This document shows, piece after piece, positions 50,613 to 60,251 of a stretch of 64,000 nt of DNA (the first letter of the stretch is position 1; each line of letters starts with the position of its first letter). The notes beneath the pieces are model-generated. The model was not told the DNA's origin and ran no database searches. It worked only from the letters and a program-made list of their open reading frames with translations. The DNA is from an uncultured delta proteobacterium. Its GTDB lineage: Bacteria; Myxococcota_A; Polyangia; Polyangiales; Polyangiaceae. The translations under genes were made by a program, and so were the position numbers. Where the stretch lies: positions 96,001 through 160,000 of the forward strand of contig CAVQUB010000034.1 of the NCBI GenBank assembly GCA_963716725.1, given 5' to 3'.

Positions 50613-51297
50613 CGCGCACCGAGTTCCTGCGCCTTCGCCAGGACCTCGAAAATGTCCGCTTCGCGGTCCATCACGTGAATGAGCGCGCTGCCGGGGCAGC
50701 GTGCATGGACGGCCTCGAGCATGGCCGGCCAGCGCAGTGATTCGCGCTCGGGGTCTCTCCGACTGACAGACCGGCGGCGCCCGCGTCCACCCTTGTGTAC
50801 GAGGCGGACGTGTCGCTGTAGACCCAGAACTCCGAGTGGCACTCGCTCCTCGCCGGGAAGCACGGCCAGCGCCACGTGTGCGAGAAACCCCTGGCTGCCG
50901 CCGGACGTGACGCCCAACCCAGCTCGCCGACTGGCGCCGCCGAGTGATACTTCGGTCGTATCGTGCGCGACGATACACAGGCCAGCGGAACTCACACGCT
51001 CCACCGTCGCCGACAGGTGCGGGTCAAGGATCTGCTCCGCGTCGAACTGCTCGTTGCCCAGGAATCGGTAGACACCCCCAAGCTCGGACGGAGTGTCGAC
51101 AGCCTGCGGAAACCCAACACCGGGCGCCGCCATCAGTTTCTCAGCGAGCCAACCGAGCCTGTCACTGCGCCGCTTATCGCCGAGCTGAGAGCCCTCGAAC
51201 TCGTCCGAAATCGACCGCCCTAACCATTCTGTTGCCGGCATTTCTCCCGTAGATCACACGCGCCGTCCGCTCGCAATGAGATGTGTATGATCTTGAG
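50590..51297 (-). mobile_element. Truncated IS4-family (IS50/Tn5-like) element
   Basis: LGDKRR..RL, YRFL.N, HDTTE, ES.RW, VMDREAD then breaks; end AGATGTGTATGATCTTGAG (51279-51297) resembles the Tn5 end. Confidence 0.85.
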
Positions 51298-51319
51298 CCG
51301 AAGGGGTGGGACTTCCAAG

Positions 51320-51491
51320 GGTCGTGCTCGGCGAGCAAGCGCGTGATGGCGACCCGGGTCGTGGCGACCTCGGCCCTCTCCAAGAACGCCGGCCAATTCT
51401 CCTCCACCGTCTGGTAGAGCACGGTGCTCTCCGGCCGCTGGCGAGTGCGCGAGCGGACCGGCGGTGCGAGAGCGTGTGCGCCGAAGCCCAA
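51320..51491 (-). pseudogene. Internally deleted IS91-family transposase remnant
   Basis: RPESTVLYQTVEENWPAFLERAE joined to VATTRVAITRLLAEH. Confidence 0.55.
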
Positions 51492-51674
51492 TTCACGGCC
51501 GCATCAGCGAGCGGCGTGCCAGGTGGGCGGACCCGAAAAGTCGGGTGGATCTGCTCGCCGCAATTGGGGAAGCGGCGAAGTCAGGTGGCGATCGCCACCT
51601 GGACTCGCAGCGAAGGCCGAGACAGACCGGCGAATACGCGATGCTCGGAGCCGCCGCCCAGAACGGCTGGGCCC

Positions 51675-51846
51675 GTCCCCCCCATTCGCGCGACAGCGCG
51701 AATTTGGGGGGGACCGCCGAGCGCAGCGAGGCGACGACCCTGGGAAGTCCCTGACGAGGGAGGGGGGGCAACACAGGTCGGAGGCGGATGGGTGAGAGGG
51801 CGCGGCAGACGGTCGGCGGTCGAGGGGTGCAACGGCCGTACGTGGC
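51675..51846 (-). repeat. Degenerate element end (copy 3): hairpin, purC-like trace, attC arm trace
   Basis: Hairpin 51675-51714 then ccgccgagcgcagcgaggcga; ggggggcaac; cggagg..gggtgag; cggcggtcgaggggtgcaacggcc. Confidence 0.65.
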
Positions 51847-52194
51847 GTCGCGCTGTCCGGCGCATTCAAGGCGGAGCTCGACCTGTCCATCGGAGCAGTC
51901 GGCGATTGCAGACACGGCAGCGTGGCTCAGGACCAGATCCCCAAACGCGGGCAATTCCGCGGGCGTTGGGCACCAGGAGTTGGAAGCGTGTTCAAGCTCG
52001 AGGCCCCCGCATGTCCCGCCGGCAACGTGACCACGAGCGCGTTCACGAGACTCCCGCTTCAGCCGGCTCCGAATCTGTCCTGCCCCTGATCGGCCGAGGA
52101 CTTCTGGCCGGCGCGAGGCAGATCGACAACCGTCAGCATCCAAGTCACGCTGGCCCAGCTCCGAGCGTCTCACGACGGTTGGTTGGCCTGCGCC

Positions 52195-53148
52195 ATGCGA
52201 GCTTCCTCTTCCACTTTGAAATCCCAATGGATTGGCGCTCTGCGGCTAGACCCTGCGCAGCATCCGCAGGCACGGGCGCATCTGAGCGCTGCCAGTGGCT
52301 TGGTGCGATCGGGCCAGACGCTGTTTGTGTTGGCCGACGACGAGCTGCACCTGGGGTTGTTCGAAGACACCGTCGCCGCTGGCACGCCACCTGCGCCCGG
52401 AGGGTTGTTGCAGTTGCTGGATGGCGATTTGCCCGGAGACGCAGCGCAGCGCAAGAAGGCCAAACCAGACTTTGAAACGCTGGCCCACTTGCCAACCTTG
52501 CCCGGCTGTGGGGGCGGCGCGCTGCTGGCGTTGGGCTCGGGCTCCAAGCCCAACCGCGAGATGGCCGTGCTGCTGGCGCTGGCTGGTCCCGGTCAACTCA
52601 GTGGGCGCAAAGCCACGGTGTCTTTGTCTGCTTTGTATGCGCGGCTGCGCGAGCAGTTTTCCGATTTGAATATCGAGGGCGCGTGGGTGGACAGTGGCGA
52701 CCTGCATTTGCTGCAGCGGGGCAACAAGGGCGATGCGCGCAGCGCCTGCATCCGATACGACTGGGAGATGACTGCGCCCTGGCTGGCAGGTGCGCGAGCA
52801 CAGCCACCCGCCATCAAGAGCGTGCAGGTGCTGGACTTGGGGACCGTGGACGGGGTGCCGCTGAGCCTGACCGACGGTGTGCCGCTGCCGGGCGGTGACT
52901 GGCTGTTCAGCGCGGTGGCCGAAGACACTAGCGACAGCGTGGCAGACGGTGCCTGTGTGGCATCGGCATTGGGGGTGGTGGCCGCAGACGGCCAGCTGCG
53001 CCGCCTGACGAGTCTGCTGGGCGCGCCCAAGGTGGAGGGGATTGCGGTCCAGACCGAGGGTGATGACTGGCTGGTGACGATGGTGACCGACCCCGACGAC
53101 GCGGCCGTGGCCTCGCAACTCGCGGCCGTGCGCCTGTCCCGCATCTAG
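52195..53148 (+). CDS. DUF6929-like beta-propeller protein
   Basis: [39 protein letters not shown]. Confidence 0.75.
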   Translation: MRASSSTLKSQWIGALRLDPAQHPQARAHLSAASGLVRSGQTLFVLADDELHLGLFEDTVAAGTPPAPGGLLQLLDGDLPGDAAQRKKAKPDFETLAHLPTLPGCGGGALLALGSGSKPNREMAVLLALAGPGQLSGRKATVSLSALYARLREQFSDLNIEGAWVDSGDLHLLQRGNKGDARSACIRYDWEMTAPWLAGARAQPPAIKSVQVLDLGTVDGVPLSLTDGVPLPGGDWLFSAVAEDTSDSVADGACVASALGVVAADGQLRRLTSLLGAPKVEGIAVQTEGDDWLVTMVTDPDDAAVASQLAAVRLSRI

Positions 53149-53195
53149 TTCCCCAGCGCGATGAGCTGAACGGACAGGACGCTGCGGTTCGCCCT

Positions 53196-53305
53196 GAGCT
53201 GCCAGACCAGGACGTGACCGTGAGAGGCGCGGTCAGCATCGCCCGCCGGCTGCAAGATCCGCTCTCCGAGTTGGTGAAGATCGATCCCAAGAGCGTCGGC
53301 GTCGG
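53196..53305 (+). repeat. 110 bp copy of tex internal segment
   Basis: 107/110 identical to 63210-63319. Confidence 0.95.
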
Positions 53306-53459
53306 GGGCGCCGTATGATCCTCAGGAGAGCGCATGCCGAAGAAGCTGAGCGCCTGGGTCGGGTTGGGCTGCGTGATGCTCGCTGCTGCCGGTTGCTCCG
53401 CACCCTCGGACGACGCGCTGAGCCTGCGGGTGAGGGAGGCAAAGCACGACCGGCCTTCG

Positions 53460-53767
53460 GCGGGTTCATCGTCTGCCATAATTCTCGTTAGCGATGGTTG
53501 TAAGTTTGTGAGATCAGCGAAGCAACGGCACTCAACCTGCGACGCGAAGCAGCAGGGGTAGTTGGTGCACGATGCCACGATCTCGCCCTTTGCAACGCCA
53601 GCATCCAGCGGACGGCAGGTGCAGGTCTTGTTGACGTTGTCGGCAGAGCAGTGCCATGCGGGCTCGTCGGACACGTGACCGCAGTTGATCGCCGGTGCGG
53701 CAATGAACGTGGCGAGGCATACGCGCACGGTCGTGCGCCAGGTTTGCTGAGCCCTGACACTCGCCAT
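53460..53767 (-). pseudogene. Cassette Cys-rich putative lipoprotein, 3' end disrupted
   Basis: ATG 10 bp after attC; AINC lipobox-like, many Cys; no clean stop or attC downstream. Confidence 0.45.
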
Positions 53768-53777
53768 TGGTGTTGCC

Positions 53778-53873
53778 GCCTAACGAGGCCGCTCAGCCGC
53801 GAGCGGCGCCACGAGTCTACCACCCTTGCGAGACGGGCGAACGCCGGTCGTCGGCTGCAGCGGCTTGTTAGAC
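53778..53873 (-). other. attC site (classical)
   Basis: Minus GTCTAACaagccgctgcagccg...cggctgagcggcctcGTTAGGC; one extrahelical base; upstream stop in core. Confidence 0.92.
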
Positions 53874-54185
53874 CGCTGTAGCCAACTCGAGAAAGCACGT
53901 ACGAAGTTCCTGCTCGACGGCCGGCGTCGGAACTCCAGCCGAGGCGAGGAAGTCAGCGAATAGAAGGAGCGTTCCGTAAAGATCTTCACCGTCAGTCGGG
54001 TACAGCGCGCAGATCACGGCGCGGACGGCAGCAGCGTGCGACGGATCTGAGGCGGCATCAACGAAATGCCAGCACGCAACGCGCGCGTTCACGACATCCG
54101 CTAGCGGTTGGGTTCCGTGGTGATAGTCCCGAATCACGAGCAGTGCGGTGCGAGCGGTCTCCGGCAGGCCCTCCTCAATAAGCCG
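53868..54185 (-). pseudogene. 5'-truncated cassette gene (immunity-protein-like)
   Basis: ARVACW..AVRAVICALYP; stop in attC; 5' end replaced by the element leader. Confidence 0.55.
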
Positions 54186-54530
54186 GTTTCTCCGAGGCCC
54201 GGCACCCCTTCGAGTGTCACGAAGCGCGTCGTGGTGGGCGGGCTTCGCGATCCCTGGCGCACGATCTGTGACGCGCCGCCCGTTGCGCTTCGCTCGGAGG
54301 CGCCGGCTCTCGAGCTCGGGACGTCGCGTCTCGCAGGCGCGCGGCGTGGCGCAGACCGTGCGCCGCCGAGCGGAGCCCGACCGCCACGCAGAGCCGAGGC
54401 CCACCCGGCTCGCGCACGTCACCTCAGCGGGAGCGCGGCGACCACGCGAACGCGCCCCCCCAATCGCGCGCAGCGCGATTAAGGGGGGGACCGCCGAGCG
54501 CAGTGAGGCGAGGGGGGGGGGCAACCCGAG
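54186..54530 (-). mobile_element. DUF559/hairpin element copy 4 (leader and hairpin only)
   Basis: Collinear with ~46800-47113; hairpin 54454-54491; nuclease gene absent. Confidence 0.8.
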
Positions 54531-54623
54531 CGGAGGAATTTGGGGATCGCGGGGTGAGAGGCGGGCGGGGGGAACGGGTGGGGGATCCCCCCGGTCGAAC
54601 ACCCCGCTGTCTGGTTGACGATT
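54530..54623 (+). repeat. Shorter orphan purC 3' end (RRNLGIAG*) plus spacer
   Basis: Matches ~42664-42754 with substitutions. Confidence 0.85.
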
Positions 54624-54778
54624 GAGGCGTTCGGCAACGAACGCCGAGACGAAGGGTATCAGACCGCCGAGCGTTTTCGAGACGGCGCGTGCCGCAACAA
54701 ATTGGGCGCCGGCCGCCGCGGAACGGACGGTGATGCTCGCCACTGCCGGTGTTCGGCGGGTGCAACGTCCAGTTATGC
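54609..54778 (-). other. attC-like site with degenerate distal core
   Basis: Minus GCATAAC...ACCAGAC, same family as 42740 and 49112. Confidence 0.72.
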
Positions 54779-54783
54779 GGTAC

Positions 54784-55077
54784 TCAGCCTCGCGTTTGCC
54801 AGGTTGCCGGGTGGCGCTTGCCGTGAGCGACTGCGACGATCGCGATCAAGTCGGGATAGACCCGATAGTACACGCCATACGGGAACCGGTTGAGGACCGT
54901 GCACCTCAGGCCGCGATACCGGACAGCGAACGAAGTCGGACCTTCGCCGATCTGGCGGACGGCGTCGTCGAGTTCAGCGCGAAACACGAAACCGAGCCCA
55001 GCGCCTTGAGTCTCGTACCACTGGAACGCCTCGAGCGCGTCGACCTCGGCCTCCGTCGTGAAGACGACTGGGGTCAA
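54784..55077 (-). CDS. RelE/ParE family toxin
   Basis: WYE....LG..F, RFPY.VYY, AVAH.KR.P..W; TTG overlaps antitoxin stop. Confidence 0.88.
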   Translation of the reverse strand: MTPVVFTTEAEVDALEAFQWYETQGAGLGFVFRAELDDAVRQIGEGPTSFAVRYRGLRCTVLNRFPYGVYYRVYPDLIAIVAVAHGKRHPATWQTRG

Positions 55078-55289
55078 CGTTTTCCGGTCGTCATGCGAGC
55101 CCGGACCTGGTCCCAAGGCACGCCGGTCGGGCCCTCCCGATCAAGACGATCGAGTCGTCGGTCCAGCTCAGCGCGAAGCTCCGACGAAAGCGGGAGGTCC
55201 TCGGGCTTGAAGCTGCCCCAGAGTTCGTCGATAAGATCGAGCTTCTCGTCGGCGGTGAGATTCGAGATGTCCACGGCAGGTTTCGCCAC
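55074..55289 (-). CDS. Addiction-module antitoxin (TIGR02574-like)
   Basis: LT..EKL.LI.ELW.S, ELDRRL, VPW.QV. Confidence 0.88.
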   Translation of the reverse strand: MAKPAVDISNLTADEKLDLIDELWGSFKPEDLPLSSELRAELDRRLDRLDREGPTGVPWDQVRARMTTGKR

Positions 55290-55367
55290 CCCCGCATGAT
55301 GCCTCCGGTGGGAAGATCGCGCCAGAACCACCAACCGCGAAGGTGCAGCCATGGCTACCATGCGGCC

Positions 55368-55532
55368 GGATAACGAGACACACGTTCACCCGCGAACGCC
55401 GAGCGTCAAGTCGTCAGTCGGCAAGGCGCAACAGACGCGGGCGAGTGCCGCATCAGAATGTTCGCCCGCGGAAGCGGAACGGACGGTGAAGTCGGCAAGA
55501 CCGGCGTTCGGCGGGTGCAACGTGAGTTATGC
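55368..55532 (-). other. attC site (long family)
   Basis: Plus GGATAAC...GTTATGC; 159/165 identical to 50217-50381. Confidence 0.88.
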
Positions 55533-55584
55533 AGCCTCAACCACGACTCGAATGGTTCGGCGGCGCGAAGCACCACGTCTGAGC

Positions 55585-56364
55585 TCATCGCGTGAACTCT
55601 CGCGACAACGTCGCGAGCACGTCGCCAAACGTCTCTTTGATTTTGCCTTTGGAGTACCGAATTTGCTGAATGCCCTGAACATTGCTGAACTCCTCGCACC
55701 CTTCCTCGAGCAGCAAGATTGTGTTTCGGAAGCCCAGCCGCCCTTGGAACAACCCTGCCTCGTGGACAACGTTCTGGCGCGCACGAAGTGTTCCATCGGC
55801 CAGTTCGTCTTCGGCCGTCAGAACTAGCAACGCGAACGCAGAGGTGCTCAGCATTTCTTCGAGTACGTCGCGGACGGTGTGCCCGGCCCGGGCGCCGCTC
55901 TCGAATGCTTGCACCGGGTAGCCGTGGAGCTCGTGTAGGTGATCCTTCAGGTCGCGCCACTGCGCGCTCCTTCCGTGCCCGATGAAGAGTACGGGCTTTG
56001 CACGCTTCGCTGGGGCCGGCTGTGGAATGCGCTTCGCAGCCGAAAGCGCGCTCTCGAAAATTGCGAACAGACTTTCGATTGTTGCACGGGAAGCGGCGCT
56101 GACGGAGGTGCGCGTGCGCCAGCCCCAAGCCGTCTTGCCGTCCGAAGAGCCCTGGTACGCGCCATACGCGCCGACGCTGACAGCCAGGGCGTCCCCACGA
56201 AACATGACGCGGGAATCCCCGCGGGACCGCCTGTAGTCGGCGGCAAACTCGGGAAACGAGTCGTGGTCCCACTCGGCGCCATCAACGGTGATCACGAGAG
56301 ACAGGGGCGCACATGACTCGTCCAGCCTTTGGCACTCCTTCAGCACGCTTTCCAGTGTTTCCAC
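55585..56364 (-). CDS. Nucleotide-binding TIR-like (Cap12/Pycsar-type TIR) protein
   Basis: LFIGHG, FALLVLT.ED, RARQNVVHEAGLFQGRLG, FSNVQGI. Confidence 0.88.
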   Translation of the reverse strand: METLESVLKECQRLDESCAPLSLVITVDGAEWDHDSFPEFAADYRRSRGDSRVMFRGDALAVSVGAYGAYQGSSDGKTAWGWRTRTSVSAASRATIESLFAIFESALSAAKRIPQPAPAKRAKPVLFIGHGRSAQWRDLKDHLHELHGYPVQAFESGARAGHTVRDVLEEMLSTSAFALLVLTAEDELADGTLRARQNVVHEAGLFQGRLGFRNTILLLEEGCEEFSNVQGIQQIRYSKGKIKETFGDVLATLSREFTR

Positions 56365-56440
56365 CCCGAAGTGGGTGAAGTCGAATACCTTGGTCTTCCG
56401 CTCGGGACTTCTCAGTGAGCGGGTCGCTCTCGCGCGGTCC

Positions 56441-56606
56441 GCCCAACGGTTTGGCGTTCACCCGCGAACGCCGAGACCAAGAGATACCAGAGAGCGCGGC
56501 GGTGCACACGCGGGCGAGTGCCGCAGAACGAAGGGTGCACGCGGCTGTGGAACGGACGGTTCAGAGCGGTACGGCCGGCGGTCGGCGGGTGCAACGTGAG
56601 TTAGGC
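56441..56606 (-). other. attC site (long family)
   Basis: Plus GCCCAAC...GTTAGGC; cgttcacccgc/gcgggtgcaacg. Confidence 0.88.
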
Positions 56607-56636
56607 GGCGTCAAGAACACGTGGTAAGTTTGGGGA

Positions 56637-56846
56637 ATGCGCACGTACACGGCAGTCGTGGAACGAGACGCCGACACCGGCTGGTACGTCGGCCACGTAC
56701 CGGGTTGGCCCGGTGCGCACTCGCAAGGCGCGACAGAGGACGAGCTCCGTCGGAATCTCGAGGAAGTCATCGCGATGCTCCTCGAGGATGGCGAGCCGAC
56801 GCTCGAGTCAGAGTTCGTGGGGACGCAGACAGTCCGGGTTGCGTAG
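56637..56846 (+). CDS. hicB: HicB antitoxin
   Basis: YTAVVERD..TG.YVG.VPG.PGAHSQG.T..EL..NL.EVI. Confidence 0.92.
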   Translation: MRTYTAVVERDADTGWYVGHVPGWPGAHSQGATEDELRRNLEEVIAMLLEDGEPTLESEFVGTQTVRVA

Positions 56847-56849
56847 GAC

Positions 56850-57074
56850 GTGGGTGACGTTCCCGTTCTGAAACCGCGCGAAGTGGTCGCGATCCTGGCT
56901 CATCTAGGCTTCGCTGAGGTGCGACAACGCGGCTCGCACAAGCAATTTCGCCACTCGGATGGGCGCGTCACGACAGTGCCGGTTCACACGGGTCGGGACA
57001 TCTCGCCAAGCCTGGTACGCCAGATCGCGCGCGACATTGGTATGGACGTGCGCGATTTCATCGCGCAGCGGTGA
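56850..57074 (+). CDS. hicA: HicA toxin
   Basis: LGF.EVRQRGSH.QFRH.DGR.TTVPVH. Confidence 0.93.
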   Translation: MGDVPVLKPREVVAILAHLGFAEVRQRGSHKQFRHSDGRVTTVPVHTGRDISPSLVRQIARDIGMDVRDFIAQR

Positions 57075-57093
57075 CGAGGGTCGCCGGGAGTCC

Positions 57094-57210
57094 GCCCAAC
57101 TGGCGTTCTCCCTCGAACGCCGGGCTCCCACATCCCCCGAGGCCACTCCGCTTCCGAGACCGCGCGCGACGCGCGAAAGAACTGACCATGCCGGCGCGGC
57201 CGCTGGCGGG
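57094..57210 (-). other. Partial attC (same arm as the element-associated half attC)
   Basis: Plus GCCCAACtggcgttctccctcgaacgccgg; opposite core missing. Confidence 0.6.
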
Positions 57211-57285
57211 TCCTCCCGGGGAAATTCGTGGCCATGGAGTTTCGGGCCCCCACCCACCCCGCGTGGGCTGGAAAAAAGGGAGGAT

Positions 57286-57599
57286 GGCAGCTCGGGCCGG
57301 TCCCGGATTCGAGCCCATATTCCTTCAGCATCGCTCCCTGCCTGGGCCAGTTTGCCGACGACCCAAGCTACCACCTGCCCGCTGTCTGCATGTCCGCTGT
57401 GTCCGTCGAGGCCACCCCGCTCTGGGACGTTGGGCTCAACGAGGGCCGCTGCACCCTGGAGCCCGGGAAGACCTACTACCTCAACACCATCAGCGCCGTT
57501 CTGCCAGATTTGACGACCACCGCGTGCAAGCGAGACGACTATTGCTCCACACCAGTCGATTTCGGCGGCACCGTCGGCTGGCCTTCGCAGGCCCCGTGA
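57286..57599 (+). pseudogene. C-terminal fragment of a Cys-containing secreted protein
   Basis: Host-like codons, CTLEPGKTYYLN; no convincing 5' end. Confidence 0.4.
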
Positions 57600-57658
57600 T
57601 GGTCAAGGGTTGAGGCGGCCCCGTTGAAGCGCTGCCCACCGGTTCCCTCTGGTCCGGA

Positions 57659-58033
57659 GTGTTGGGTGCGGCCGCGGTGGTGGCGCTGATCGCGGTGGTG
57701 GCGCTCATCATCATCTACGCGCGAGCGCCGGCGGAGGGAGCGGTACCTGCCGAACCGTCCGTAGAGATCAGCGGCGCGTCGAACGAGTCGAGCGAAGCTG
57801 CCATGTCGACGCTGTCCGACGCCACCGCCGGCCCTGGACCCATTGCAACTGCGGCTGCGGTCGCCCCGACGCCAACGCCAGCCAGTGCGCCGCCGCCTGC
57901 CACGCCTGGTGTTGTTCCGCCGGGACCCAAGCGTCCGCCCACCGTGCGGCCGCCGAAACCAAAACCGAACTGCGCACCACCGTACACCTTGGACAAGGAC
58001 GGCGTGCGCATTCCGAAACGGGAGTGTTTTTAG
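57659..58033 (+). pseudogene. Myxobacterial Ser/Thr-kinase-type C-terminal tail without kinase domain
   Basis: TM, Pro-rich linker, CAPPYTLDKDGVRIPKRECF. Confidence 0.6.
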
Positions 58034-58067
58034 ACGGCGCGGATCCCTCGCTGCATGCGCAAACCGT

Positions 58068-58766
58068 TCACGCCGGCTCTTGCCGCGTCCACAGCCCGGT
58101 CCACTCGGGCACTCGCGCCCAGCCGCGCGCAAGCACTTTGGTTGCCAGTTCCGGTCCGAAGAAGAAGCCCAAGCAGCGGGCGGCGGACGCAGCATCGTCG
58201 AACGCGTAGTCCGTCGCGAACTGCCTCCGCTCGAAGCCCTGCTGCTCCAGCCAGGCGTAGTACTCGCCAAGGCGCTCGTTCGGCGGCGCTGCCGCTTCCT
58301 CTGCGGTGCCCAAAGTCTCAATCACCGCCAGCGTTCCTCCGGGAATCACCACGCGCCGCATCTCCGAGAGCGCTTGGGCGATGTGCGTCCTCCAGCCCGC
58401 TTCCTCCCAATAGCGGAAGTGCCCAAAGACCCAGCCGGCCACAGCGCCGTGCATGCTGTCGTTTTCGAACGGCAACGCGCGCCCGTCGCCGAGCGTGAGT
58501 TCGAGCTGGTGCGGGACGTACTCCGCGAGCTGGGTCCGAGCCACGTCCAACATAGCGGCTTCCGGCTCAAGGGCGACTACCTGTGCCCCCTGTTCCAGAA
58601 GCAAGCGGGAGACCCGGCCCGTGCCCGCGCCAACATCCAGCAGTCTGCCTGGCACGCTGCTGAAGATGTCGCACAGCGCATGCCTCAGGTTGTCGTCCGC
58701 GTCCTCTGCGGTCACCAGCTCGTGATAGCGGTCCGCGTGGTTCCGATAGACTTCACGAAACTCCAT
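58068..58766 (-). CDS. Class I SAM-dependent methyltransferase
   Basis: LDVGAGTG, GDGRALPF, R...PGG. Confidence 0.9.
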   Translation of the reverse strand: MEFREVYRNHADRYHELVTAEDADDNLRHALCDIFSSVPGRLLDVGAGTGRVSRLLLEQGAQVVALEPEAAMLDVARTQLAEYVPHQLELTLGDGRALPFENDSMHGAVAGWVFGHFRYWEEAGWRTHIAQALSEMRRVVIPGGTLAVIETLGTAEEAAAPPNERLGEYYAWLEQQGFERRQFATDYAFDDAASAARCLGFFFGPELATKVLARGWARVPEWTGLWTRQEPA

Positions 58767-58998
58767 GCTGGGACCTCGCAGCGAAGGGCTACGGAGTCAA
58801 TCTAGTTTCGCGCGCCATACCTAGCGGAAGGAAAGGTCGACGTTGGCTTCACGCACGGGTCCTGTTGGCGCGTGCCCAGCTTGGATGTCGTAGTTCACAC
58901 CTCGCCCTCGTCAGCGAGCCGCGTGCCAAGCAGGTGACGCCAGAATTTCCCGTGACTCCGCTCGCCCTCCAGGTGGCGAACTGGCGAAGTCTGACACG

Positions 58999-59277
58999 AT
59001 GAGTTTCGAATTGAATGAGGTCTCCGAGGGCGCAACTGGCACCGTGCAAGCCTACGTCGGAGTGTCTGGGCCTAGTTCCCAGCAGGGATGGCGGACTCCA
59101 GCGGGCGCTTGCACGATTGATGTCACCGAGCACACGGTGGTTGATGACAACTATCAGGACATGCGCGAGTACCGAATCGGGGGTACGGGCTCCTGCGACC
59201 AGGGCGCGTCTGGCACGTCGGGAATCGTGGACATCGGCGCGTTTTCCATGCGTGGCGTTCTCTTCTGGGAGAAGTGA
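58999..59277 (+). CDS. Short hypothetical or C-terminal fragment
   Basis: 92 aa beta-rich ORF. Confidence 0.35.
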   Translation: MSFELNEVSEGATGTVQAYVGVSGPSSQQGWRTPAGACTIDVTEHTVVDDNYQDMREYRIGGTGSCDQGASGTSGIVDIGAFSMRGVLFWEK

Positions 59278-59494
59278 CCGATCCCGCGCGAGCCCCCCGA
59301 ACGTCTTGCCGCTCAGCCGCAAGCACCAGCAGAGTCGACTCCACGAGACCGCCCCGGAGGGGGTCTCGTCGCTCGCGCGCGGGACCTAGACGACCATCTG
59401 TTCGCAGTGCACCTTCTATCGCGGTGTGAGGGCGGTGGTGGCGTCCACGCGGCGCCGAGGTTCGCAAGAACCGAGGCGCTAAGCCCCGCGCGCA

Positions 59495-59557
59495 GGGCGG
59501 AACGAACAGCAGCCAGTCGGAAAGCCCGCGGTCGTCTGCTGCAACGTCCTGTTAGGC
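59495..59557 (-). other. Partial attC
   Basis: Minus GCCTAACaggacgttgcagcagacg with upstream stop in core; distal end not recognisable. Confidence 0.55.
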
Positions 59558-60040
59558 ATCCTCGGCGCCTTCGTCGTAGATCCTTGAATAGTTACCGAAC
59601 TCGGTACCCTTCAAATCGGTGGCGACGACCTGTTCCGCGACGTCATAGTCGACGACGTAGCAGCACACTTCCATCGTGTCCGAGCCAATACTTCCACCGT
59701 CGCACATGCCGAGCCCCGTCCACCCCAACGTTTGGTCCATCCTGTCCTGCAATCGGTATCGCTTCTTCAAATCGGCAGCATCCCCGAATCCGTCGACGGT
59801 GTATTCAATCAAGAGGATCCGGTGGTCATCGAGTTCGATTGGTTGGTAACCATCACTCACGAAACGATCAATCTCCGCCTGGACCTTCGTCTCGACCTTG
59901 CGCAGCCCGGTCGACCTAACCGTCTTGGATTCGCCTTTCGCGCCCAGACTTCCCCAATGCACCGTGTGAGAACCGTCGTCGTTGTCCCACGTTTCCCAGT
60001 AGAGAATCTGGCTCGGGGTGCGCCTATAAAGCTTTAGCAC
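59552..60040 (-). CDS. Cassette hypothetical protein (WGR-like N-terminus)
   Basis: YWETW..HWG.LG..G; LGWTGLG.CDGG; stop in attC core. Confidence 0.8.
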   Translation of the reverse strand: MLKLYRRTPSQILYWETWDNDDGSHTVHWGSLGAKGESKTVRSTGLRKVETKVQAEIDRFVSDGYQPIELDDHRILLIEYTVDGFGDAADLKKRYRLQDRMDQTLGWTGLGMCDGGSIGSDTMEVCCYVVDYDVAEQVVATDLKGTEFGNYSRIYDEGAEDA

Positions 60041-60053
60041 CTGCTTGATGCCT

Positions 60054-60210
60054 GCCTAACTGGCGTTCTCCCTCGAACGCCGGTGGCAACGATAGCGGAA
60101 GACACGGCCGCGGGCACCAGCTCACCGGCCCAGCGCCGCCCGCACCCGCTCGAGCGCCACCGGCAGCGCGCGCTCGACGAGCGCAGTGAGGCGAGGGGGG
60201 GCAACCCGAG
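60054..60210 (-). mobile_element. DUF559/hairpin element copy 5 (internally deleted, both ends kept)
   Basis: Half attC + last codons of DUF559 fused at CGAGC (60178-60182) to the terminal gcagtgaggcgagggggggcaacccgag. Confidence 0.8.
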
Positions 60211-60251
60211 CGGAGCAGCTTGGTGATCGTGGGTGCTGAGGCAACAGCGAC

